Below, in pieces: positions 10,239 through 20,677 of a stretch of 27,966 bases of DNA; position 1 is the first letter of the stretch; every line of letters begins with the position of its first letter. A program made the position numbers and the translations under genes. This DNA comes from Macrostomum lignano. Taxonomy: Eukaryota. The stretch spans positions 1 through 27,966 of the forward strand of contig NIVC01005042.1 of the NCBI GenBank assembly GCA_002269645.1, read 5' to 3'. The notes under the pieces were generated by a model. It saw only the letters and a list, made by a program, of their open reading frames with translations, made no database searches and was not told the origin of the DNA.

Positions 10239-13200
10239 CTGGAATTCAATATGGGTGAGCAAACATGAGGGTGCTGGTCGGTGGCAAGAGACTGCGCATA
10301 TCCGCCATCATATTTTCATTTCCTTGCGTTCAAATATTTATGAAATTGGTTTTAAGTCCAAGGCAAAATGCACTGATTTGCACATTCAGGACTCAGCTCA
10401 GAAACAGTTCCGCCATACAGTCAGTCTGCTCACATTCAGGACTCAGCTCAGAAACAGTTCCACCACACAGTCAGCCTGCTCACATTCAGGACTCAGCTCA
10501 GAAACAGTTCCACCATACAGTCAGTCTGCTCACATTCAGGACTCAGCTCAGAAACAGTTCCACCATACAGTCAGTCTGCTCACATTCAGGACTCAGCTCA
10601 GAAACAGTTCCACCACACAGTCAGCCTGCTCACATTCAGGACTCAGCTCAGAAACAGTTCCACCATACAGTCAGTCTGCTCACATTCAGGACTCAGCTCA
10701 GAAACAGTTCCACCACACAGTCAGCCTGCTCACATTCAGGACTCAGCTCAGAAACAGTTCCACCATACAGTCAGTCTGCTCACATTCAGGACTCAGCTCA
10801 GAAACAGTTCCACCACACAGTCAGCCTGCTCACATTCAGGACTCAGCTCAGAAACAGTTCCACCATACAGTCAGTCTGCTCACATTCACGAATCCGATCT
10901 GTTTACAGCGGTGACTCACAGATTTTCCATTCCCGCCGTTTCCAGGATGCCGTGAATGTCGATAGCAAGGACCAGAGCTTCCAGTGAGGCTTGTCGACAC
11001 TGATCCATCATCGTAGGCTGGTGAGATGGATATTTGGGTTGAAGTGTTAGAAACACATCCATGAAAGTCAGAGATATGAGTAAACGTTGGAATTTTGACA
11101 CAGTGAGAAAATCCGATTGAAAATTTCACCTCATTCAGAATGAAGTCAACAACGATATGGTTGAGCTCGCAGCTGGTGATCATGTCCTTGTTGGCGTGAA
11201 TGGCTCTGACAAGGATGTCGGTGTCGCTGCAGAAATTGAGCAGTAAGAGGAGCTCCTGCGGATCCGCCTCCCCGGCCACGGCGTCCTCAAACAGCTCGGC
11301 CGCCGTTGGCGTCTCCCCCGGAAACAGCTCCAGCCTGAGGCCCTTCAGCAAAGCATCAAAGTTGCAGTAGAACAGAGACTTGTAGCTGCCGGAGCCGCAC
11401 GGGAAAGCTCGCCGGATGGACGGCGGGAGAAACCGAAACTTCGGCCACTCCGCGGCTTCAAAGCAGAACTTCCAGGCGAAATCGCAGCGGCTGACCTGCT
11501 GCCACACGAACTCCTTGGCTTCGGCTGCTGACTTCACGCGCTCGAGCCATCGGACGTGTCGGACAGGTCTGCCTTCAGCCAGCTGTGCTGCCGTCAGCGG
11601 CTCGCCCGCTTTCAGCCGAGCCAAGGCGGTCAGACCGGCTCTGGCAGTTCCAGCCCAGTCGGTCCGCAGCCGGCGGATGTCCAGCATCAGCTGCTCCATC
11701 GTATCGCCCGCAGCCAATGAATCCTCGGGCTCCGCACCCAAGCGATGAAGAAGATTCTGGACTAGGTCGTAGATCGCATGGTATTCAGGACTCGGTCCTT
11801 CCAAGTCGGCGGTTGTGCGTCGGGACAGGGGAACCAGCAGGAAGGGGTGAAAGATGACTGCGCCTACAAAGTTGCGGCTCTGGATAAGTAAAACCATGCG
11901 ATTATTTTACCCTTACACTGAGAATTTTACCTTTCTCACTCGGAGTGAGCTTCTGGCAATACTTCGCCAAGTGAATGGGCAGTTCGTCGAGGACGTCACT
12001 GACAGCACGAGCAATATCCCGCCTGTTGTGACGCCCTTTGCGCAGGTAAACAGCGGCGTCGCGCAAGAAGAAATGCGTCATGCAGGTAGTCGGGCCGCTC
12101 CTGCTGTCTTCTAGATACCGAATCAGCATCCTGAGCGACTTCTGCACCAACTGAACCAGACAGGCCGGCTGCCAGTCCTGTACGGGCGTCTCGTCGAGCA
12201 TGTAGAACAGCAGGTTTTTCGCGTGGTAGGTTTTCAGACCGCTGACTCGTTTTGAGATGACGCGCTTGATCAGGTATTTGAGCAGGATGAACAGCTGACC
12301 CTGCACGCTGGTGAGGCTTTGCATGAGCGCCCGCTCCAGCATGTTTGTGCTCACCCGCATCCTGTCGCCCTCCAAGCCAGGCGGCGAAGCTGCCACCGCG
12401 TGACATTGAGTCGCGTCCCGGATGGCTCTGAGCTGCTTCATCACGCTGGTGCTGATATTCGTGCGGTAGTTCAGCTCAAGCAGCTGTATTGGCGGGTAGT
12501 TGCAGCAGGGCAGCGCGTTCACGTTGTCGAACGCAGGTCGCAGCATGGAACCACGGTGGGGTCTTGTCGGGCAGCTCACTGGCATTTTAAGAAACAATTT
12601 TCAAAACATTTTGGCGTATAAATTCTGTGATAATACTTTTTTTACGTCACCAAAGTCTCAAATTCTCTCACCGTCGCAGCTGTACTTGATGTGACCGTCC
12701 TCATAATCAACGGGCTGGCACCTGTTCTCGCAGTTTCTGCAGCTCGCCACTGAGCCGTCACCAATGTGAAGCTGCTTCGTGTTCGCTATGATGGTGACGT
12801 CAATGTCCGAGTCGGGGTCAGTCCGGCCGCAGAGTCGCGTCAGGCAGTTCCCCCAGCCATCGGCGAAGCTACCAACGACGGAGACGCCCGGGCCCAGTCT
12901 CCGAATGGCGATGTCCTCCATCACAGCGGCGGTGCCGGCCTGCAGCACCGAGTTCGCCGAGCAGAATCCGGCGTCAAGCATGGCCAGATGGACATCAGCG
13001 CTGGCTAGATCTGGCGGTTGGAGACTGCAGGTTGGTGGACAGCGGCTTTTCTATTATTTCTAGCCAACCTGCATTTGCAAAATGAAATAAATTCAAGAGA
13101 ACTCGAGAAGCTCACAACTTAGCGACCGACATCAGTATTGAGAAATCTGGAAAGAACGGCACCAAAGCCGCGCCGCAATGCCCGAAAAGACGCGCACTGT

Positions 13201-16163
13201 AGTGATAGCGCTTCGCAAAGTGCAGCACAAAGTCGATGTGGCCTCGGTAGAAGCAGAATTCCAAGCAGCGCACGAGCTCCCTCAGCTCGATGACGGACAG
13301 CTGTAGCGTTCGGCTGCTGCGATCGGAGCTCTGCACCTTCTGCCGGGCCCTGAAAAACGCCTCAACGACGTTCGCGTGTCCATTCTGAGCGGCCAATCCG
13401 ACCAATAGGGAGCCCTCATCGGACAGAAGACAGTCGTCGGCCCCAGCCTGTAGAAGGCTTTCAACGACGTCAGTGTGCCCCGAAACTGCTGCATCATAGA
13501 GTGGCGTGTGCCCGTTGGGCTGAACAAAGTCTACATCTGCCGATTGCGCAATGAGCAGCTGGACTATGTCAGCGTGCCCAAACAGTGCGGCAACAGAAAT
13601 TGGAGTCGTGCCGCTGGCCTCGTCGGGCAGATCGACCTGTTTGGTGTTGATGTTGCTGAGAGGCCTCAGAAATTTCTTTTAGGGTAAAAAAATACGTGAG
13701 TTTCATACCGCGGCCCCGGCACGGATGAGACTGAGCACAATAGCGGTGTGTCCGTTCTGAACCGCCGCCCACAGCGGCGAGCCGGGACTGCCCGGGTGCT
13801 CACAATCCACGTCGGCGAACGCGGCCAGAAGTTGGGTGACCAGCTTGTCGTGTCCGTTGTTCGATGCGATCCAAAGGGGCGTTGCACCGTCGCTCCACCT
13901 GAAAATGTTAGAATTCCTGACTGGATTTGAGAGACTGCTCAAGGTTTTAGGCCATCGTATATTCGAGTATATCAATCAGGTTACTGTAAGTTTTTTTCAT
14001 GCTAATTGTAGAAAAACCCAGTACGTACCTGTGAACATTAACCATGGCTGCAGCATTGATCAGCTTCAGAGCAATATCTGCGTGCCCATTCTGGGCTGCC
14101 GCGTGCATCGGCGTGGCACCCGTACGCGTTCGGTGATTGGAGTCGGCCGATGCTTGAATCAGAGCACCAGCAATGTCTGCGTGGCCGCACTCGGACGCTA
14201 TGCTCAGTGCAGACGAGCCGCTTTTCTTAGACAACTCAACATTTATCCCAGCGGTAGCGAGAAACTTCTCAACGATCGCCCGATGGCCCATCTGAGAGGC
14301 GATCCACATGGGAGCGATGCCGTCGCTGCGTTGAAGATTCACGTCCGCACCGGCTTTAATCAGAGAATCGACGATATCCGACTGGCCGCTCTCAGCAGCC
14401 TTCCACAGCACCGTGCAGCCGCTTCGGTCTTGCGCATCCACTTCGGCAGAGGCTTGAAGCAGCTTTTCTACAGCTCTGGCTTGCCCTTTGCCAGCGGCGA
14501 TTCGCAGAGGCGACATGCCAGCCTTGTTCTCGTAATCAGAAGCAGCTCCCGCTTGAAGCAGCAGCTCAACAACCTGGTCATAGCCACGCTGGCAAGCCGT
14601 CCATATTGGAGTGTATCCGTGCTTCTCTTCGTGGTCAACATTAGCCGAGGCTTGTATGAGAGATTTTGCCACAGAGTAGTGTCCGTACTCAGCTGCGATG
14701 TACAATGGAGAAGCGCCGTGGCTCGTGGGAATGTCAACGTCTCTTGTTGCCTTCAGCAGCTGGTCCACAGCGGCAGAGTGGCCGTACTGTGCGGCAACGT
14801 ACAGTGGCGTCGAATCAGACATTCCGCGGATGTCTGGCTCCGCGACGCCAACCTCAATCAGTTTGGCAATCAGATTAGCGAAGCCTTTCTGAGCAGCAAT
14901 CCAAAGCGGAGACGTGCCAGAATGTCTCTTCAAGTCCGGATTGGAACCAGCCGCAAGCAGCTGGTCAACCATGGCAGCAGCACCCGCGCTTGTAGCAACG
15001 TACAGCGGAGACTTGCCTTCTACTGGTTCAACAATGTTAACATCTGCCCATGCTTTAATTAAAAGCCGAGTCGCTTGAACGCTTCCGACTTCAACAGATG
15101 TGTACAGAGGTGTCTGCCCGGCACTTGTTGCCATGTCCACATTGGCGCAAGCTTGAACCAGCTTATTGACTGTCGCAATGTCCTTCCTTTTTACTGCCCA
15201 GTGCAGAGGCGATTTCCCATCCAGCGTTGATGGCGCATCGAGCCAGGCGCCCGCTGCAATCAGCTGGTCGATCGTCTTCGATCCCGGAAGCCGAATTGAA
15301 ACTTCGAGCGGCGTGACGCCGTGCACCGTTCTCGTGTCAAGCTCGGCACCAGCTCGGATCAAGAGATTCGCTATTTTAACGCAATTGTTTTGCACTGCCA
15401 TGTACACCGGGGTGACGCCATTGTGACCGGCGGTGTTGACATCGGCACCTGCGTGCATTAGTTGGCGGACGACGCAAACTTTGTCGTACTCCGAGGCGAT
15501 GAGCAGGGCGGTGATGCCATCCTGCTTGCGGCGCGTGTTGACATCGCCTCCTGCGCTAATCAGCATGCTGGTGATTTCAGAAGAACCATGACGGGCAGCG
15601 AAATGCAGCGCACAGCCGCCTTGAACTTTATCGCGAATATTCACGTCGGGGCAGCCGAAATGAATGAGCCTGCTCACAATTTCCGGGCTGTCTCCTATGA
15701 CAGCAACATGCAGCGGTGACCAGCCGTCGCGTCTGATATGATCCAGCTTTGGCAAACCATTTTTAATCAGCAGAGCGGCACAGTCTAAATGCTTGAATTG
15801 AATTGCCGCATGCAGTGGTGTGGAGCCTCTGGCTGTTGCCAAGGTTACGTCAGCCGATGCAGCAATTAGTGCGGCCAGTATTTCCGATTTCCCAGCTTGA
15901 GCGGCTATGAAAGCTGCGGTGGCTCCATCTGGCTGCACCTGTATGTCAACGTCAGCGCAGGCGCGGATGAGCAACCGAACAGTCTCGGCTGCCCCACCCT
16001 CAGCCGCGTGGTGCAGAGCTGCCCATCCGGCAGAGTCGGTCTCATTGGAATCGGCACCGAGGCGGAGAGACTGCGCCATTTTCTGCAAGTCCCCAGCGAT
16101 AGTCGCTTTCAGCAACTCGCCAGGCAAAGGAAATTCTACGCTGTCAGCTGCGCCTTCCGCCAT
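10190..16163 (-). CDS. Ankyrin-repeat / cGAS-like (Mab-21 family, cGLR) nucleotidyltransferase fusion protein, about 1588 aa, 8 exons
   Basis: Model join(16163..14029, 13898..13709, 13675..13116, 13024..12672, 12578..11931, 11863..11130, 11017..10920, 10238..10190) = 4767 nt. All introns are GT-AG, phases are consistent and there is no internal stop. About 26 ankyrin repeats, then the GSFADGWG...DSDID motif and Mab-21 C-lobe motifs (RVSTNMLERALM, LLKYLIK, GLKTYHAKNLLF, W, HFF). An in-frame acceptor at 16194 allows an extra upstream exon. Confidence 0.85.
10381..10888. repeat. 50-bp minisatellite, 10 copies plus a partial one, in the last intron of the cGLR gene
   Basis: CACATTCAGG recurs at 10381, 10431, ... 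10831, exactly every 50 bp. Confidence 0.98.
10920..11017 (-). CDS. cGLR gene exon 7 (PTMMDQCRQASLEALVLAIDIHGILETAGMEN-L)
   Basis: Acceptor CTCACCAG at 11018; donor ATCT|GTGAGT at 10919; phases fit. Confidence 0.75.
11130..11863 (-). CDS. cGLR gene exon 6: unassigned C-terminal helical region
   Basis: Acceptor CTTTGTAG at 11864 (phase 1, SEK-G-AVIFHPFLL); ORF 10848..11897 frame; donor GAG|GTGAAA at 11129. Confidence 0.85.
11931..12578 (-). CDS. cGLR gene exon 5: third catalytic strand and Mab-21 C-terminal helical lobe
   Basis: Acceptor AATGCCAG at 12579; AFDNVNALPCC, CHAV, RVSTNMLERALMQSL, LLKYLIK, GLKTYHAKNLLFYMLDE, THFF; donor AAAG|GTAAAA at 11930. Confidence 0.92.
12672..13024 (-). CDS. 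cGLR gene exon 4: NTase N-lobe with GS and DxD motifs
   Basis: VSVVGSFADGWGNCLTRLCGRTDPDSDIDVT; donor GACG|GTGAGA at 12671. The 5' boundary is uncertain. Confidence 0.9.
13116..13675 (-). CDS. cGLR gene exon 3: 3 ankyrin repeats plus helical linker
   Basis: SGTTPISVAALFGH, NGHTPLYDAAVSGH, LVGLAAQNGH in one open frame; donor AAGTT|GTGAGC at 13115. Both boundaries have alternatives. Confidence 0.75.
13709..13898 (-). CDS. cGLR gene exon 2: 2 ankyrin repeats
   Basis: Acceptor ATTTTCAG at 13899; WSDGATPLWIASNNGH...PLWAAVQNGH; donor GCG|GTATGA at 13708. Confidence 0.9.
14029..16163 (-). CDS. cGLR gene exon 1: about 21 ankyrin repeats
   Basis: 766-aa ORF with repeated G-x-T/S-P-L-x-x-A...G-H...V..LL..GADVN units at about 33-aa spacing; ATG at 16163; donor CACAG|GTACGT at 14028. 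Confidence 0.95.
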
Positions 16164-17942
16164 TTTCAATAGACGCCTGTTTTCCTTCGTCAGCTGAATT
16201 TGCCGCTTGCTCCAAACTTTATGAGCGCTAACGAGCAGTAAGTGCAAGCTTGCCTGGCATTGTCATAAGCTCGTATAGCATTTTAGGCCTTGACATAAAT
16301 ACGCACTGGGTCGGTCGCATACTGCAGCGTACAGCAAGCTGTACTAAATTTGCGTACATCATTTTTCATAGGCCAGTGTACACTCAAGCGGGAAGACTTG
16401 GCTCTCATCTACGCATTTGCTAGTGCGCATAGATCTCACTGAACCTGTTTTAACAAGGTACTAAAACTATATAAAGCAAATTTTCTCGAAGCATATATTT
16501 TTCTATATTTTCTATGGCAAGGGAAGGAAAAATCAGAAATTAGGACAACGGTTAAAGCCCGTCTAGGAGCAGGGTAGAAAAAACCTGACGAACAGAGATT
16601 TAGGGAGGATGCACAGTATCGTATATATAGTGTACTCAGAGGACAAGCAGCAGTTTTTCAATGTCTGCGACTAATTTCTCTGTTTGGCTTGTTATTTATA
16701 CAGTTTACTCTGAGTGCGCAAAATTTATTTTATTCTTATAACATTTACCGACCGGATGCCGCCCGGTACATGTAATGGTATATCATGATAGGCTGTCCTG
16801 CAGAGTCTCAGTTTGAAAGTTATTCGATTTCAAGACGTAAATCAGCAAAATAGGTCAGGGGCTTCTCAGAATAAGAATTAGCACCGGCAACAGTACATGC
16901 ATGACAGCTGAGAGGCCGCGGGTACAGCTAGGCGATATGAGAATGAAAATTGTCGTTGAGCATAGTAGGCGCTGAAATTTTTTTCGTTAAACAATACTTT
17001 TCTTCGACATCCGTCTGTGCTGTAGATCGCAGTAGCCACAGCTATGGATTTGAGGTGGCCTTGAAGTTTCAGCTGGTCCTTTGGCTCGGCGCTCACCTCT
17101 AGCTCTATTTGATGTCAGGCCGCGCGTTTCATTATCTAAAAGCCGGTTTGAGAAGTCAAGTCAGGTTAACCTCAGGTTATTGATGCAGTCCACTCGGGCC
17201 CGATGTCAGTCCGACGTTCCCAGCTCTCACTATGACTACTGATGCAGCTAGTGTTCGTTCTCTGTTGGGAGGCCGTTGCTTCGCCCCTGTTTCTTTGCCA
17301 ACCGTGGGTTCTCGTGGTGTTCCTCTCCGGCTCCGGGCTAAGTACTAAAGCCAATCTTGCATAATCACACGTTTGCATACATTTATTATCGCTTCGTTCA
17401 TCAGTTATTGGATTGGATGGCTCGATTATGCGTGTGAACGAGTCTTAAGCCGTTAAAAATCTAAACAAACTTATGCATGCTAATAGAAGCAGTAAGCGGC
17501 TAAAATAAATTTATGGACTTTCGAGTCCTGAGAAAATGACTTTTGGTTCGAAGAATTGTATTTCCTTTTGAATGAAGGTTCACTCTTGTGCGTCAGCGTG
17601 CATTGGCGTGTGTACTATTGTACTATACAATAATGCCTTCAGCCTAACTAGCACGATGATGACGACGTGATTTGCCAAGTTATCCGTGCATGAGTCATAG
17701 CTTGATTAGGATACAAATGACTAATGAGTCACGACAAATCGGCTTTGTTTTCTTTGTTTCTACTACAGTCTACAATGTCAGCGTTTCACTTTTCTTAACA
17801 GCCAAATATTGGCGATTTATTGGCAATTCTGAGTCAAGGTTAAAAAGGGAAAGAAAGCGTTTTTTATTTAGAAATCCCTTTTGACTTTTAGTCTAATTGG
17901 AATTGTATCATTATCTATATAAGCCCAAAAACTCATTTCTCG

Positions 17943-20677
17943 GCTGACTATGTACTAGCTAGGTTAGGCATGGCATAGGTTAAACTTACTACATACACAT
18001 AGTAATTTAATTACTAATTCAGATATATGAGCCAACACTAATACTAATAGATAAGGCAGTGCTTATCAATGAGTCGTTGTCATTGACATTAGCTAAGCTT
18101 AGTTTACTGATATCTTATGCTAACTAAAGCCTAGGCTATATACATAGGCCTTTGGCTAAATTTTTGGCCTCTCTTAGCCCTGTCTAGGGCCTAAGTTGTT
18201 CTCCCTTGCCTTTGGCCTTGGATTCACCAATTCCTAGGCTTTGGCAATATGCCTAGGGATTCGTTATTCATTTAGTTCATTAGGCTTACATTTAATATTT
18301 AATAATATGGGTGCCTAGAGCTAGACAGTGTAGACTTACTGTTTGTATTTATATATTAAATGCCTATTGCCTATTTTATTTAAAGACAACACTACCAATA
18401 TTGGAATAGACTTGATTTTTATATGATTAGATAATTAGATCTAACTTTCAATGGTAATAATACTAGGGCCTAACACTTATAGTAATAGCTAGGCTAGCTA
18501 TCTTATTTCAGTTTATATTTTTAAATATTATATAAAATAAATTATAATCAGGGGTGGCAGAGCTGGTGGAACTAGGTTTTTTGTGCAAATGGCAATGGGT
18601 GCGAATAGCATCCTGGTCTTGAAAATCGCACCCTGAAATTTGACTTAGGGTGTGAAAAGTGCACCCAAGTTATGGACAAAAAACCCAGGCCTAGGAAGTA
18701 TAATAAATATAGGTGCTGCTAGGTGACTAGCCATAGTTATATTTATAGTAATTTGACTCTGGTATAGTTAAAGAACTTAGCTAAATTGATTTGAAAGTGG
18801 CCTTATATATAAAAGTTATTTATTCTTATCATTCCTAATCTTCCTTTGAGTCTCTATATTGTTTTAGTGTACCTAGCTATACTCCTTAGTCCTTAGTATA
18901 TTATACTAAAATTCCTTAGACTAAAAAGCTATATATAGCTTTTAGATATGCCATGCAATAGCTAAGCTATTAGTTGGGTTGCACATATGGCCTGAATAGG
19001 GTAAATATAATTGCTATGGCTATAGGCCAAGCTAATATCACCCTACAGATAATTAATATGCCTCCTAGTGTTCCATGCACTTTAGTAGTCTAAAAGAAGA
19101 AAGCAATGCATGCAAATAAAATAAGAAAGATTAGAAAAAATGATCTTCTATAGCCAACCATTGGTTGGTTTGTTTGAGACTTGTCAATAAAAACAAAAGA
19201 CAACAATTAATAATTGATTATGAAATATTATTATAGTTATTATTAATATTAAAAATGATTTTTATATCATTTTTGATATTCAATGAATTGAGAAAAATAG
19301 GAAAAACAACCTAAAAGGAAATCATTCCTTACAAGTTTATAAAAATAAAATAGTTTTTACTAATTTTATTTTTAATTTAAACTTAGCAAGATATAAACTG
19401 CTAATCCTGCTAATCCAAATAATATAATTTTGCATAGATTTATAGTGGCAACTCTCTTCTTCACTATCTTCTTTATAGAAGTCAAGAAGTTAACAAAATT
19501 CCGAAATCATAGCTGACAAATGGGTAATTGGCTACAGTGAATATTGCAAAATGATTGCAGTAAATGATTGCTAAGACCCACAAGCCTATAAATGTTGAGT
19601 TATGAATCTCAGCTTAATTGTGCCTTGTTTTTCAAAGGGTATAAATCATACTCCTGAGCAACACAAATGTATATTCATGAGTTTTAGTGTAGCCAAAGGA
19701 GGGAACAAAAAGTAGTAAAGCTAAAACCCAGTTTGAAATATTCTGTTGCTTTAAAAGTTATATGCTTCTCTAAGTTTTTCCATAGATATCTCTGTCATAG
19801 TAGCCTAACCAAGAAGTTTGAGTGCATTCAATCAAAAGGACTTTTGCTACTTTTTGCTAGCTTATTGGCTTACTATAAGTCTATAGTTGAGCTCTTGCTG
19901 CATTTTAGTTTAAAATATTTATAACTTTTGTTTCCATTATCTGTTTTTATTGATGTCAAAGAGTAATACAAGCTATAAAAAAGAGAGTTGCTGCTATAAA
20001 TCTGTGTAACAATGTTATTTGTATCATCAGAATAAGATATAATGAAAAGTAACACTACTTTTGGGATAGCCCTTGTCCCTTTATAGAATATTTTAATATT
20101 AAGAATTAATTTCAGTGTTTCTTCCATAAATAATGTTTGATAGAGTTTTAATGAATAAGAATTCCTATTTCAGTTTGACTTATTAACATTATTATAGCTA
20201 GATTCTAATCAAATAGCTAGAATTTAATTTTGTCTCATTTTTGTTTCATTTAATACAAGTTCCAAATAATAGTTTGGACTTTTTGAACTATTTAATAATA
20301 GTTCCAAATTCTGACAGAAAGTATCCACATTAACACTGAAGCAATTTGTGCACAGATTTGACAAGTGTGTTTTAGTCTGTCTAAGCTTAGCTCTTGTGCA
20401 GTGTAGACTAGTGTAGTTTATCTATTGAAGACCAAAATTAGCATTGACAAATAGGTGCTGTCAAGCTGAAATAGCCATATCCTTAACACTGAAAAAGCCA
20501 ACCCCAATTGAAGGCTTTGGGTTTCATTAAACTGCTTGTGTTTTGCTGCAACAATAAAACTAGGCCAATTGCTTTTGGCATTTGGTATGCCCAGCTGCCC
20601 ACTGTTTACAAGCTGGTCATTGCTAAAATTAAGGCTCTGTTGCATTTTTGCACCTCCTGTAAGCCTGCTGGAATTAG
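17943..20677. other. AT-rich, nearly CpG-free, TpA-rich block
   Basis: About five CpG found by eye (18075, 18262, 18602, 18627, 19502) in about 2.7 kb. CTAG, CCTAGG, TAGCTA and TATA are abundant. Flanking sequence contains frequent CpG. Confidence 0.85.
18572..18693. mobile_element. Small MITE-like relic with imperfect 16-bp terminal inverted repeats
   Basis: CTAGGTTTTTTGTGCA (18572-18587) versus the reverse complement of 18673-18688, CTGGGTTTTTTGTCCA, match at 14/16. Internal GGGTGC/GCACCC motifs occur in both orientations. No clear target-site duplication. Confidence 0.4.

Noticed and set aside
10117-10987. Plus-strand 265-aa and 240-aa ORFs
   Set aside because: They arise from the stop-free 50-bp repeat and are antisense to the cGLR gene.
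10190-13024. Bacterial CBASS/CD-NTase operon or contaminant
   Set aside because: The gene is split by canonical spliceosomal introns, carries metazoan Mab-21-type motifs, and has no neighbouring Cap effectors.
13836-15062. 408-aa plus-strand ORF and other antisense ORFs over ankyrin and gene 1 exons
   Set aside because: Antisense shadows of GC3-biased coding sequence with no protein motifs.
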